Origin: a virus
Lineage: Duplodnaviria; Caudoviricetes
DNA: 35,961 bases
Virus record (IMG/VR): IMGVR_UViG_3300020042_000895
Coordinates: 1-35,961 of that record
Reading direction: 5' to 3' (one strand)
Below the pieces are notes generated by a model, which worked only from the letters and a program-made list of their open reading frames with translations, made no database searches and was not told where the DNA came from. How positions within the stretch are numbered: position 1 is the first letter of the stretch; every line of letters starts with the position of its first letter. The position numbers were made by a program, and so were the translations under genes. Shown here in pieces: positions 17,940 through 28,120 of this stretch.

Positions 17940-20208
17940 TTGTGTTTCCAACAAATGTACTGCTCCATCCTACAAGTTGCATGTCCTTACCTTGTTCACT
18001 TCTAAACTTAAATTGTACAGCCTTGCCTCTACCTCTAATTTTATTTTTTGTAATAACTAATGAATAGCCATCATCAAACGCTGTATTAGGAGAAGCTAAG
18101 AAAGGTCTTAAATGTCTATACACTTGTACTTCATCAGACCACTTACCTGCTGTAACACTTTCAGTAAAATCCCATCTGCTTTGCATAAAGCAGCTACTTT
18201 CATTAATAGGATTTGTACTAGCATCAAATGCTGTTTCTGTTTTTTTTAAAAACACAGACAAATATTGTGCTGTTTTATCTCTGGCAGGACCAACACTAGC
18301 TAAATTATAACCTGTAATAATATAAGATGGTTCTTCTATAGCATCATTAAAGTGACCTGATCCTGCATCAGAGTTACTATAAAAATCATAAAACTTAGTA
18401 TTTGCATTTCTTGTATTTTCAAAGTCAGCAAATGAATGTACTAATGGACCTGCTGCATCACCATTGTTAAATGTACATAACACTTTAAAAATTTGTTTTT
18501 GACTTTTTACTGCATTAACTGCAACTTCTACTTTTACTCCGTTAGCATACACAATGTCTGTATTTGCAAGAACATTTTCACTAATCTCAGTAGCACTTAA
18601 TGATTCTGTAGTTGTAGCTATTTCTAAAGGGATACCATTCTTAGTATCATCAATCTTATGCCAATAAAATACATTAAGCTTTAAGTCTAATACTAATATA
18701 GCATTCTTAGCAAAGATGTTGTCTTCATCATTAGCTTTTGTTTCATTAGAATAAAGCCAATAAATAAGTTTTTCTTTACTATTATAAGCACCAGTTACAT
18801 AGCGTTTATTTAGTGTAGGAATACTATTATAAAAAGATTTAATTGTTCCATCGCTAATATTTTTAGCTGTAAATTCTGCAGCAGACACCCCCGGCTGAAC
18901 AGAATAAATACCTGAGTTACTCCAATAGACTAATGCATTTTCTACAGATATCACTGCAGAAGGAGAAATACATCCTACATTAGTTACTTTCTCTACAGAA
19001 TAACCAGTAGCTTTAAATCCTACATCAATACCACTAATAAACCACATACCATTAGTTGCTAGTACAGCGATACCACGACCAATTGGCATTAACTTTAATA
19101 TCTTACTTGCTTCAGGAATAACTAGTAAACCACCATCATCATCTTCTAAATCACTAATTACCTCTGATGTTGGGTCATTAGTTTGATAACAATTACCTAC
19201 TTTATCTGATGTAGTTACCACCTGAGAAAAATATACTCTACCAGTATCTTTAGAATTATTAACACCTGCATACCACACACGACCTGCAAAGAATGTACAT
19301 ACACTAGGACGATATTCTGTACTATCGGTATATGTAACACCACCTGCTGTTCTTTGTTGATTAAACGCATTAATAATAAAACGCCCTCTAGGAGCAGTGC
19401 TAGTACCAAAATCTTGTTTGTTTAAAAATGCTGCACTAAAATCATCATTAGTGTCTTTGCCGTAAATCCATTGTTTCGTATTAGAAGGAAGTTTGTCAGC
19501 ATTAGCAGCTTTATATGCATTTATCTTTGTGTCATCCCAACCATGATTATATAGGTTATACAAAGCTTTTTCATAAAATCCTAATGCTGTCCACTCTGCT
19601 TGAGTTTTTTCTAATTCTACAGCTACAGGACTTGTAAACTCATCAAAGTCACGAATGTTTATAGTGATAGCTGTAGCAGATACTGTATTTGTTGCAGCAT
19701 CATACGTTACTAGTATTGGATCAGTAAACTGCGAAGTGATAATAAGTTTACCAAAGGTAGATGCATAACTAGCTACAGATTTACGTATGTCTGCTGTAGT
19801 GCTATCAAACGTAGAAAAATCAGTTAAGTCAATACGATTAGCTACATGAGAACTAGTTGTATTTGGATTTTCAGTAGATGAATTTGTAAAGTATATTAAT
19901 TCGCCTATTTGATAAGCAATAAAGTTTACATTACCATCACCATTTACAGCAGTCCAATTACCAGTACCGTAGGCTGTGGTAGACATAAAACTTGTATTAG
20001 TATATTGAGGGCCATATGTAGGCAGGTCAATGTAACTAAATGTTGCAGGATAGTCTAAACCATTACGTCTTTGTAAAATACCATTTGGATTAGGAACAAC
20101 ATTAACACCATCTATCCAACTGTTTTCAGGAGTGACAAAGAAGCCACCCTCAGTATTTAGGCCAGCTACAAAACTAAAGAAATCATTAACTGTACCTTTA
20201 GCAGACAT
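17932..20208 (-). CDS. Tail tubular protein B / nozzle
   Basis: 758-aa beta-propeller-like protein: FVAGLNTE, FFAGRVWYAG, C-terminal KIRGRGKAVQFKFRSE. Synteny fits. Confidence 0.8.
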   Translation of the reverse strand: MSAKGTVNDFFSFVAGLNTEGGFFVTPENSWIDGVNVVPNPNGILQRRNGLDYPATFSYIDLPTYGPQYTNTSFMSTTAYGTGNWTAVNGDGNVNFIAYQIGELIYFTNSSTENPNTTSSHVANRIDLTDFSTFDSTTADIRKSVASYASTFGKLIITSQFTDPILVTYDAATNTVSATAITINIRDFDEFTSPVAVELEKTQAEWTALGFYEKALYNLYNHGWDDTKINAYKAANADKLPSNTKQWIYGKDTNDDFSAAFLNKQDFGTSTAPRGRFIINAFNQQRTAGGVTYTDSTEYRPSVCTFFAGRVWYAGVNNSKDTGRVYFSQVVTTSDKVGNCYQTNDPTSEVISDLEDDDGGLLVIPEASKILKLMPIGRGIAVLATNGMWFISGIDVGFKATGYSVEKVTNVGCISPSAVISVENALVYWSNSGIYSVQPGVSAAEFTAKNISDGTIKSFYNSIPTLNKRYVTGAYNSKEKLIYWLYSNETKANDEDNIFAKNAILVLDLKLNVFYWHKIDDTKNGIPLEIATTTESLSATEISENVLANTDIVYANGVKVEVAVNAVKSQKQIFKVLCTFNNGDAAGPLVHSFADFENTRNANTKFYDFYSNSDAGSGHFNDAIEEPSYIITGYNLASVGPARDKTAQYLSVFLKKTETAFDASTNPINESSCFMQSRWDFTESVTAGKWSDEVQVYRHLRPFLASPNTAFDDGYSLVITKNKIRGRGKAVQFKFRSEQGKDMQLVGWSSTFVGNTNV

Positions 20209-20471
20209 TATTGCTCCACAGGAATATTACGACGTTGTGCTATAGCAAGAATACGATCTTTACGTGTAAACAATCCTTCTAGTTCATCAGGAACTCTGCC
20301 AGACAAAGAATAACGTGCAAAGAATAATCCAGTAGGATTAGTTTCAATGATAAGTTTATTAGTAATATCTTGTTCTTTACGTTCTTCTTTACGTTCTTTT
20401 GTTGCTTCTATTTTCTCTGCTTTTTTTTGTACAATTTGAGTAAGTGTTTTTGGTTTTTTAGCGACGACCAT
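20208..20471 (-). CDS. Hypothetical protein between the tail tube genes
   Basis: ATG 20471 with AGGAAGG RBS; GRVPDELEGLFT motif; TAATG overlap with the next gene. Confidence 0.75.
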   Translation of the reverse strand: MVVAKKPKTLTQIVQKKAEKIEATKERKEERKEQDITNKLIIETNPTGLFFARYSLSGRVPDELEGLFTRKDRILAIAQRRNIPVEQ

Positions 20472-21165
20472 AATTAACCTTCCTATTAAATTTAATACTA
20501 GCTTCATCATTACGCCATGCTTCGTTACGCATTGCCATTCTTCCACGTTGTGCTTTACGTTCTTCTCTATTATTAGATTGTTGTTTTAAATTAACAAACG
20601 CTTGGCTTTTAGATTCAGCTAATAATGTTGGAAAGAATTTCTCAGGAAGAGCAGGTATAAAACTATCTACATGCGACCATGTTGGTGCTATTGATGCATA
20701 TGCTTTGCTGTTACTAGCTTGTAAAGTGCTTTCTGCACTATTATTAAATCCATCAAAAATAATAAATGTGTCGTCAAAAGAAGTCCAGTACACAGGGTCA
20801 GCATTAATAACATATCCATTTGCATTAATTACTCCTGCAAGAGCAGCACGATTATCAATCATTTCAGTAAAAGTTTCAGGATCAATATATGTAATTTGTT
20901 TTTTATTATATTTAATCCATTTAACTTTTTTCCACGTATCAGGCAACTTCATTTTAGTAGGATTATTAACATCTCCTAATCCTTGTAAACTACCTGTATT
21001 AAACAAAAAAGGCCAATCACGTTGGCTCATCAATTCAAAAAATGCTTCTTTAACTATGTCTGCTACTTGAATAGCCTCAACTGTTTCATCAATACTATCT
21101 ACAGGATCACTATCCATTGCAGACAAGATACTTTGAGTCATTTCAAGCAAAGTCATCTTTGCCAT
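20458..21165 (-). CDS. Tail tubular protein A / adaptor
   Basis: MTLLEMTQSILSAMDSDPVDSI...E...DWPF N-terminus typical of podovirus gp11-like proteins. Synteny fits. Confidence 0.8.
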   Translation of the reverse strand: MAKMTLLEMTQSILSAMDSDPVDSIDETVEAIQVADIVKEAFFELMSQRDWPFLFNTGSLQGLGDVNNPTKMKLPDTWKKVKWIKYNKKQITYIDPETFTEMIDNRAALAGVINANGYVINADPVYWTSFDDTFIIFDGFNNSAESTLQASNSKAYASIAPTWSHVDSFIPALPEKFFPTLLAESKSQAFVNLKQQSNNREERKAQRGRMAMRNEAWRNDEASIKFNRKVNYGRR

Positions 21166-21166
21166 A

Positions 21167-21814
21167 TTATGCTCCTGCTACAATAGCGTTTAAATTAAGC
21201 CCGTATAAATTAATTGTGTCGTTAGTAGATATTTTTGCATATACTTCTACATAGTCATTTGTTGCCATTTCTAAAATAGTCATGCTAGATAAATTTATTT
21301 TTGAACTACTAGATACTGTAGAAACTGTTCTACCATTAGTAATATTACCATTCTTATATATAGCAATAGTTACATCTTTAGCACTACTACCAATGTTTAA
21401 AGAAAGATTATAATTAATTGCCATGCTCACTGTAGTTACGCCTGTATAAGTAAGCCGAGCATTAGTACCTTCAGTAAATAAAGCAGGACTACCTTGTGCA
21501 GTAGTTGTAGGAGCAAGTTTCTGATATGCAGTTGTTGCTGCAAGAGTATATGGAGCAGCTAATGTTGCATCAAAGAAATCGCATTCTCCATGTGGAGCAG
21601 GAAGGAATACAAAGTTACCTGCACCATCAATACTTAAAAATGTGCCAACAGTGCCATTAGTTGTAATACCTGCTAAACTTGTTGGAGATATTTTTTTCCA
21701 CGTACCGCTACCTGTTCCATTTGATACATACAGTTTATCTGCTAATGCACTAGCTACACCTTTAGGTTCATGTATGTAAGGATCAGCAATAACTTCGTGA
21801 TTAATATTTGCCAT
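21167..21814 (-). CDS. Virion fibre/spike-like structural protein with C1q/TNF-like C-terminal domain
   Basis: N-terminal HEPKG...GSGTW and a C-terminal beta sandwich (IAIYKNG...LEMATNDYVEVYA). Confidence 0.6.
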   Translation of the reverse strand: MANINHEVIADPYIHEPKGVASALADKLYVSNGTGSGTWKKISPTSLAGITTNGTVGTFLSIDGAGNFVFLPAPHGECDFFDATLAAPYTLAATTAYQKLAPTTTAQGSPALFTEGTNARLTYTGVTTVSMAINYNLSLNIGSSAKDVTIAIYKNGNITNGRTVSTVSSSSKINLSSMTILEMATNDYVEVYAKISTNDTINLYGLNLNAIVAGA

Positions 21815-21827
21815 TCATTTCCCCAAT

Positions 21828-21854
21828 AAAAAGGAGAGGGCATTAGCCCCCTCC
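21828..21854 (-). terminator. Intrinsic terminator after the capsid/decoration genes
   Basis: Minus strand reads GGAGGGGGC-TAAT-GCCCTCTCC-TTTTT. Confidence 0.9.
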
Positions 21855-21866
21855 TCTAGCTTACAA

Positions 21867-22346
21867 TTACAGATAAGTTACCATCAATGATGCACTACCT
21901 GCAGTCCAATCAGTTTGAGCAGAAACCAAATCGATTGTATCAGCAGCAGAGTAAAGTTTGATTTCAGCAGCACCAGTATCAGTAGCACCGAAAGCATATA
22001 CGCCATCATTGTTAATTACTGCATTTGCTACCAAAGTAGTAGTGTCAGCAGCAGTTGCTGTAATAAAGCCATCAGCATCGCTACCATCACCTACAGTGAT
22101 AGTGTTAGTACCAGTTGAAGTAAACGCTACATCAACAACAAGGCGTACATCAAGGATACGTGAACCTGCAGGAACAGGAACATTAATTGTAGAACCTGCA
22201 TTTAAGTCTCTCCAAGAAAACTTAACAGCAGCCGCTTTAGAACTTTGTACGTCTTCACAAGTAGCATTACCAGTGAGTTCTGGAGTATTAGGACCAAAGC
22301 CAACGATTAGACCATCAGCATTTGACCAAGTAGATTTACGAGTCAT
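21867..22346 (-). CDS. Probable capsid decoration/cement protein
   Basis: 159-aa all-beta protein directly after the capsid gene and before the terminator; AAGGA RBS. Confidence 0.65.
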   Translation of the reverse strand: MTRKSTWSNADGLIVGFGPNTPELTGNATCEDVQSSKAAAVKFSWRDLNAGSTINVPVPAGSRILDVRLVVDVAFTSTGTNTITVGDGSDADGFITATAADTTTLVANAVINNDGVYAFGATDTGAAEIKLYSAADTIDLVSAQTDWTAGSASLMVTYL

Positions 22347-22365
22347 TTCTATTTTCCTTTACTGA

Positions 22366-23322
22366 TTAGATGGTTGACTTAGAGATAACACTAACCAAGC
22401 ATTCTGGACGATAGAGTTTCAGACCAAAACGTGCATTCATGACATATTCGTCACGACGCAAATCTTTGTTACGCTCATACTCAACACGTGGCATTTGACG
22501 ATAAGCACCTACGAATGGTGTTAAATCACCACCTACAGCCATAAAGATGTTTGTAACTGGAGCAGTAGGAGTGCTTACACCATCAATAGCAGTGTCAGTT
22601 GGTGTTGCTAAGAAGTTAGAAACATAAACGTCAAAACCAAAAATGTTGCTAACAAAACGCATACCAGTAACATCGCTTACAAAACCACCATTAACAATAC
22701 CACCGAACTGTGGGTTGTTGATGAATGCTTGTGCGCCAACTAGTTTGTTGAATTGAAACTCTTGTGATGCATCGATAATAGCAACACGTGAACCACCTGC
22801 TTGTGCTTTATCCAAAGCATATTTAGCTTTAGCAAAGTCATCAAGAGTTAAAGTGGTGTTAGAATTACCAGAAGCGATGAAACGATGTGCAGCACCGTTA
22901 ATAGTGTTTAAGTTATTAGCGGTTTGGGTATTAGCCAATGAGAATACAGACGACTCAAGATTTTCATCTAAAGCACGACGCATTTTAGTTGGGAACATAC
23001 CAATTAATTGATTAGCATAAAAGCTATCTTGTTTTGCTTTATCCGTAATATACGTAGCTGCTTCAACATAACGGTCAATAGTGAAGATGAATTCACCAGT
23101 GTCCATTGCATCATACACAACAGGCGTATTTTCGGAAGTCTCACGCATTGGTAATTCACCAATGGAAGGGATGTTAAATTGATTGCCGTCAGGGAAACCA
23201 TTAAGCATACGAATATACTTAGTACCCATTAATTGTTCTTGCAGAATATCTTTTAGTTCAGATGACCACAGTTCTGTACGAACTAGATGTTCATTAACCT
23301 TTGCGTAGTTTACACCAGCCAT
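22366..23322 (-). CDS. Major capsid protein (HK97 fold)
   Basis: 318 aa; ELWS, FNIPSIG, FGFDVYVSN, RFGLKLYRPE; AAGGAG RBS; follows the scaffold gene. Confidence 0.9.
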   Translation of the reverse strand: MAGVNYAKVNEHLVRTELWSSELKDILQEQLMGTKYIRMLNGFPDGNQFNIPSIGELPMRETSENTPVVYDAMDTGEFIFTIDRYVEAATYITDKAKQDSFYANQLIGMFPTKMRRALDENLESSVFSLANTQTANNLNTINGAAHRFIASGNSNTTLTLDDFAKAKYALDKAQAGGSRVAIIDASQEFQFNKLVGAQAFINNPQFGGIVNGGFVSDVTGMRFVSNIFGFDVYVSNFLATPTDTAIDGVSTPTAPVTNIFMAVGGDLTPFVGAYRQMPRVEYERNKDLRRDEYVMNARFGLKLYRPECLVSVISKSTI

Positions 23323-23333
23323 TTATTTTCTCC

Positions 23334-24068
23334 TTATTGACCAAAGTATAGGTCAGGGTTTTTAGTAACAGTTTGTTGTAACTTATACTGAAAGTCTTGT
23401 GACCAATATAATGAAGGATTCTCTTTGCGAACTTTTGTAGCCCACTCTTTAGTTCCTTCCATATTATCACGATTCCTTCCAGAAGAAGGTACAGAAGTAG
23501 TATTTACAGAACCTGTATCCATCGTATTACTTTGTGTGTTACTAGTAATGCCAAATATGTTTACAAAATCCTGTGGGTCAGTTGCAGCCAGTTCCATCAA
23601 AACACGTTGTTTCTCTGGAGTATTTGCCCGTTGCTTAAATACTTCAGCAGCTTTTTCACCAAACATATCTTTCATTAGTCTGTCGGCTAAAAGCAAATTA
23701 TCGGTTTTGGTTTTCTGTACTTCACGACCTTGTAACGTCTTCTCTACAAGCTGTTGCACAGCATCAGGAGTTAATCCAGAATCATGTGGAGTGTCGTCCA
23801 CTGGTGCATTGCTTTGTGTCGTAATCCGTTCTAAAACATCATCGATAGTCCTAGCTTGTGTCACTTGCTCACGTAGCTTACGGTTCTCTTCTTTGAGAGT
23901 TTCAATAAACTGGTCAGCATTAGCATAAGCTTTAGCCAAATCATCAGGTGTTTTATATTTTTGTGTTTCGCCTACTAAGGCGTTAAACAAAGCTTCATCA
24001 GATGTCGTTGATGATTGTACTACTGGAGTTTGGTCTTCTCCATTAAAAATTGTATTAGCATCGGTCAT
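23334..24068 (-). CDS. Capsid scaffolding protein
   Basis: KYKTPDDLAKAY followed by a coiled coil; located between portal and capsid; AAGGAG RBS. Confidence 0.82.
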   Translation of the reverse strand: MTDANTIFNGEDQTPVVQSSTTSDEALFNALVGETQKYKTPDDLAKAYANADQFIETLKEENRKLREQVTQARTIDDVLERITTQSNAPVDDTPHDSGLTPDAVQQLVEKTLQGREVQKTKTDNLLLADRLMKDMFGEKAAEVFKQRANTPEKQRVLMELAATDPQDFVNIFGITSNTQSNTMDTGSVNTTSVPSSGRNRDNMEGTKEWATKVRKENPSLYWSQDFQYKLQQTVTKNPDLYFGQ

Positions 24069-24116
24069 GCTATGCTCCTTAAATTGATTGTCTTAGAGGC
24101 AAGAATGTGTAAATAC

Positions 24117-24368
24117 TCACATTTTTGCTGAATCTGGCAACATTGCCACTACAGTATCGATCATTTTAGACTGCCCTAAGTTGTACGCAAGTTTAGCATA
24201 ATGGTTAGGACAATCAAAATCATCACGTTTAATATTATCTAAATCTTTCTTAATTGATAATAAAGTCTTATGTAATACTTCAAATACATAACTACTATTA
24301 TTCCAAGTCTTTATAAAATCTTCATTATTAGTATCTTTAGGTTTATTATTTAATATAAGTTTATTCAT
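24117..24368 (-). CDS. Small head-module protein
   Basis: 83-aa ORF between portal and scaffold; no Shine-Dalgarno visible. Confidence 0.75.
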   Translation of the reverse strand: MNKLILNNKPKDTNNEDFIKTWNNSSYVFEVLHKTLLSIKKDLDNIKRDDFDCPNHYAKLAYNLGQSKMIDTVVAMLPDSAKM

Positions 24369-24404
24369 ATAATATTATATATATATAAGTAGTTAATATA
24401 ATAT

Positions 24405-24413
24405 ATTATACCA
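24405..24413 (-). promoter_or_regulatory. Putative sigma-70 extended -10 promoter for the scaffold/capsid genes
   Basis: The minus strand reads TG-G-TATAAT across the portal stop codon, followed by an almost purely AT tract. No good -35 is present. Confidence 0.6.
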
Positions 24414-26187
24414 TATTTTCAGGTGGAACACCACCTTGTTCAGGCATAGGTGGAGATTGTGGGTTTACACCTGCTTCAACTTGAAGGTCTTCAGAGGCTT
24501 GATTCATCAATCTTTGTGTGTCAGCTTGTTCAAAGATCATAGCATTGTCTTGTACAATCTTGTAATTTTGCCAACCTAAATTCTCTTCTAAAGCTTTGGC
24601 AATAGCCTTACCACTAATGTGTGCAGCTACTGTAGGAATATTCTGAATTGCAGCCATTGTCTGTGTCAATTCTTGAATAAACTTAGCTTGTTCTCCAAAA
24701 TGTCTAGCTCCTATCGGATATATCTTTCCAGAAGCCATTAGATCATCCTTGGTGACTTCAATGAAGCGTTCTGTACCAAAGTCTTGGTCAATGGTTCTAA
24801 TGCGCTCTACACCCTCAAAATTACGAACAGCTTCAGCTAACATACCATTCAAAAGAGGTTCTAAAATATTACGCTCAAACCAAGATACTTTGCTTTGGAA
24901 AATACGACCTGCAGCATTCTCTAATACCTGAACTTCATACTTAGTCTTTTCCCCCGGAGTGCGAATACCCATAGCTTGTTTAGGAGCACCTGCCATTTCT
25001 TCCATACGATTCATCAAGTCATTAATTTGCATATCTGCATTTAATGCTGTAGCATCAGGACGTAAGAATGTTACATCACCTTCATCGCCTACAAAAATAG
25101 TAGCCCCCGGCTCATATTCAAACTCTTCTACTGTACTACCCTTTACAATCATTACAGGATATGCTATAAGATCAAATACGTCAGCTTTAAGGTTTTCTAA
25201 ATGGTCTATTCTATATTGCATACCTACCAATTGATCCAGTGGTCCTTGCGCCCACAGGTTATCTCCACGCAGTCTCCAACCACAATGATAAATTGGTTTA
25301 GAAGCAGTCCACAATGGGTTGTTTTGTTTACGCAATATCCACTTGCGATCAATAATTGTTATCAATTGATTACGAAGCATTGTCTTAGTTTCTGGATCAT
25401 AAATGTCTCCCCAAAACTCAAGAAGCTCCACCATATCACTATCAATGTATTCTTCAAAACTACCAAAGCCATCTATAGCAAGACTCTTTTCTTTTTTAAA
25501 TTCTGCATCATCCCTATAGTTTTGTCTAAAGTCTAATGCTTGTGCCATAACAGCTTTATTATAATTTAAAGCAGGTTTTGTTTCTACGTCTGTTAATAAA
25601 TCACCAATAGATTTTAACATGCGTCTAATCACAGGTGTTTTATCAAATGTTTCAGACATAGGGTTATAAACTATATCATGTGGGTTAACACGATAGGCTT
25701 TAGGACCTACATATTTAGAAACAACACTACCATCAACACCTTCTACAATGTCTCGTACAAAATCATAAGTAACAAACACATTACCAAAGTCAATGTAGTC
25801 ATACACAAGTTGAGAAATAAGAAGTTGAAAGTTAGAAGCTTTTAACTTCTGTTTCATGTAATTAGTAATAGCTGCACGTTTGTCAGCTAAGTTTTTTGCT
25901 TTGTCAATAGATTCCCATACAAACCATTCTTCTGATGGAAACAAAGCAGCCATATAATTGGCATGTAAGTTATCACGTATCTGTGTGAGTTTAGGAGTAA
26001 CTGTTGAGTTCTTCCAAGGAAGCTTGCTATTCTCAGTAGTGCGAGTAGTAGTAGCAAACAAATAATTACGCAGTTCTAATCTTTCTTCTTTCCAAACTGC
26101 TCTAGCATCATCCCAACGCACCCATAAGTCAGAGATTTTAGAAGCTAATTTATCGTCACTAAAACTAGATGTTATATTTTCGTTCAT
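24406..26187 (-). CDS. Portal protein
   Basis: 593 aa; follows TerL; YDYIDFGN, GPLDQLVGMQYRIDHLEN, MGIRTPGEKT; Pro/Gln-rich tail. Confidence 0.9.
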   Translation of the reverse strand: MNENITSSFSDDKLASKISDLWVRWDDARAVWKEERLELRNYLFATTTRTTENSKLPWKNSTVTPKLTQIRDNLHANYMAALFPSEEWFVWESIDKAKNLADKRAAITNYMKQKLKASNFQLLISQLVYDYIDFGNVFVTYDFVRDIVEGVDGSVVSKYVGPKAYRVNPHDIVYNPMSETFDKTPVIRRMLKSIGDLLTDVETKPALNYNKAVMAQALDFRQNYRDDAEFKKEKSLAIDGFGSFEEYIDSDMVELLEFWGDIYDPETKTMLRNQLITIIDRKWILRKQNNPLWTASKPIYHCGWRLRGDNLWAQGPLDQLVGMQYRIDHLENLKADVFDLIAYPVMIVKGSTVEEFEYEPGATIFVGDEGDVTFLRPDATALNADMQINDLMNRMEEMAGAPKQAMGIRTPGEKTKYEVQVLENAAGRIFQSKVSWFERNILEPLLNGMLAEAVRNFEGVERIRTIDQDFGTERFIEVTKDDLMASGKIYPIGARHFGEQAKFIQELTQTMAAIQNIPTVAAHISGKAIAKALEENLGWQNYKIVQDNAMIFEQADTQRLMNQASEDLQVEAGVNPQSPPMPEQGGVPPENMV

Positions 26188-27710
26188 ATTGATACACCGC
26201 CAAATTTAGAATTAAAAGAAAGTACATTAGTTTTCTTACCCCATCTATGAGATGTTAGTGGGGCTTTACATATTTCTACACATGATGCTAATGCATCTTT
26301 AACGTCATCATGTTCAGGATTATTCATAATCAACTCTTCTTCAAGAATCTGGCAATTACCACCTTTATAATGCCATATCTGGTTATTGTTATATCTTGGT
26401 TCTAGTATTGAGGCTATACGCTCTGCTTTACTCATGTTTCTAGGAGGATTGTATTCATCAATACTAAACACAATGTTTTGGCTACGCATATAGTCTTTAA
26501 ACTGTGAAACAATAAGTCGCTGTGCAGCTACAATCTCACAACGCATTTTTTTAAATCGCCATTTCCTAAACACAAGTTCTGCCTTGTCATACATAATAGA
26601 TATTTTATTAGTTTTAAATCTATCAATATCTAAAACATAATAATTGTTATCTTCATCTACTCCTACAACCATAATCACTGTAAAGTCAGAATTGTTATTA
26701 ACAGTGTAAGCAAAGTCCATACTTGCATATACGTGTAATAGTTTGTCTCCAAAATACCAAGCACCACTAAAGTTTTCTATCTTATCTCGTTCGTAATAGT
26801 TAAATCTACTACGGTCAATAAGTTGTGTTTCTACAGCATTTGGATTATTATAATATTGAGCATAAAACTGTGTAACATCAAGGTATTTAGCCTTTTTACG
26901 TGCAAGTTCTTTAGCATCAAAACCAAAAGTTTTTCCATCAACTCTACGTTGTTTAGGCCAAAGAAACTCACCATTTATTTCTACTGTGCGCTCAAATGTT
27001 TCATACACTTCATTTTCAATTTCTTCATCTGTCTCATCGTCATAATATACTTCAGACATTTCCATCATATCTTTATACAAATCTCCCGGATGATAACGAG
27101 TGCCTACAGCCCATTCTTTAGCACCAGTTGATTCAATAGAAGACAATTGAGAATAAAACGATCTTACTTGATCTCTACCTAACTGAGTGTAAGCGTTATC
27201 TGGAACAACAACGTCATCCAGAATAGCAACATTACAGTGCAAACCAGTGACGTTAGCAGTGATACCTGCAGCTTTAACAGTTGCATCACGAACTCCTTCA
27301 GCTTTACGTTTAGGATGATCTACTGATATTTCATCTACACTCCAACGTTCTCGTTTTCCTTCTTGCTCATTAACCATCTCAGGCCAATAGAAACGATAGA
27401 TATCACTTAATAAAATATCTTTAATTGCTTTAAGTTGTTTCTCAGCTAAGTTAGCTGTAGCAGATACATACAACACTGTTGTTTCAGGATGTTTAGTTAT
27501 CCACCATGCCACTCTATATGCTATCATTGCACTCTTTTGATGGTCACGAGGAAGCAAGACAAGTTGATTGTCTTTAGCATCTTCTCGTTGCCACCAAGCA
27601 CAAAGTTCCTCATGTACACTACCAAGTATACGATGAGGAGCAATAAGACGAATAAAAGTTAATAAGTCTGCTTCTGCTGCTTGCTTTATAAACTCTTTAT
27701 CAGTTACCAT
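26184..27710 (-). CDS. terL: Terminase large subunit
   Basis: Deviant Walker A LPRDHQKS, Walker B ILDD, coupling motif GTRY, nuclease motifs MDFAY and HDDVKDALA. Confidence 0.95.
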   Translation of the reverse strand: MVTDKEFIKQAAEADLLTFIRLIAPHRILGSVHEELCAWWQREDAKDNQLVLLPRDHQKSAMIAYRVAWWITKHPETTVLYVSATANLAEKQLKAIKDILLSDIYRFYWPEMVNEQEGKRERWSVDEISVDHPKRKAEGVRDATVKAAGITANVTGLHCNVAILDDVVVPDNAYTQLGRDQVRSFYSQLSSIESTGAKEWAVGTRYHPGDLYKDMMEMSEVYYDDETDEEIENEVYETFERTVEINGEFLWPKQRRVDGKTFGFDAKELARKKAKYLDVTQFYAQYYNNPNAVETQLIDRSRFNYYERDKIENFSGAWYFGDKLLHVYASMDFAYTVNNNSDFTVIMVVGVDEDNNYYVLDIDRFKTNKISIMYDKAELVFRKWRFKKMRCEIVAAQRLIVSQFKDYMRSQNIVFSIDEYNPPRNMSKAERIASILEPRYNNNQIWHYKGGNCQILEEELIMNNPEHDDVKDALASCVEICKAPLTSHRWGKKTNVLSFNSKFGGVSI

Positions 27711-27973
27711 TTAACTTTATCAGCCCAATAAGCAGCACTCATTTTGCCTTTAGCAATGTTACTTGCATGTCTAGCTTTAAATGATTTCTGTCTAGCTTTG
27801 TCTTTATCTGATTTAGGGCTTGATCCTGCACCAGATACGCCTTGTTGTCCAAACCGAATAAGTTTTTCTTTATCTCCAACTTTAGCTAATACTGCGTGGC
27901 TTTTAGTAGGATGGTTAGGAGTACGTTTAGGTTTGTTATAACCAGAGAAAGATTCTTTACCTTTTTTAATCAT
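27704..27973 (-). CDS. Small basic phage protein (IRFGQ...FKARH...AYWA..W type)
   Basis: 89 aa, Lys-rich; a motif I recall as recurrent in phage packaging regions. Confidence 0.85.
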   Translation of the reverse strand: MIKKGKESFSGYNKPKRTPNHPTKSHAVLAKVGDKEKLIRFGQQGVSGAGSSPKSDKDKARQKSFKARHASNIAKGKMSAAYWADKVKW

Positions 27974-28119
27974 TTCTTTTTCTTAGCTGTTTTAGCAGCT
28001 TCCTTAAAGTTAGATTTTGTTGGAGCACCCTTGCTACCTACTTTACGCATCTTTTCACCAGAACCTTCAGCAATGCGTTTACGTTTAGCATGGATATTTG
28101 CATAAAGACCGTTTTTCAT
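27970..28119 (-). CDS. Small basic protein, 49 aa (not in the ORF track)
   Basis: Manual translation gives MKNGLYANIHAKRKRIAEGSGEKMRKVGSKGAPTKSNFKEAAKTAKKKK*. It has an ATGA overlap with the next gene. Confidence 0.85.
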   Translation of the reverse strand: MKNGLYANIHAKRKRIAEGSGEKMRKVGSKGAPTKSNFKEAAKTAKKKK

Positions 28120-28120
28120 G

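Noticed and set aside
24069-24125. ECF-type promoter upstream of the scaffold gene (TCTAA as -10)
   Set aside because: There is no GAACTT-like -35 at the right spacing and no second copy of the motif was found, so it cannot be supported.
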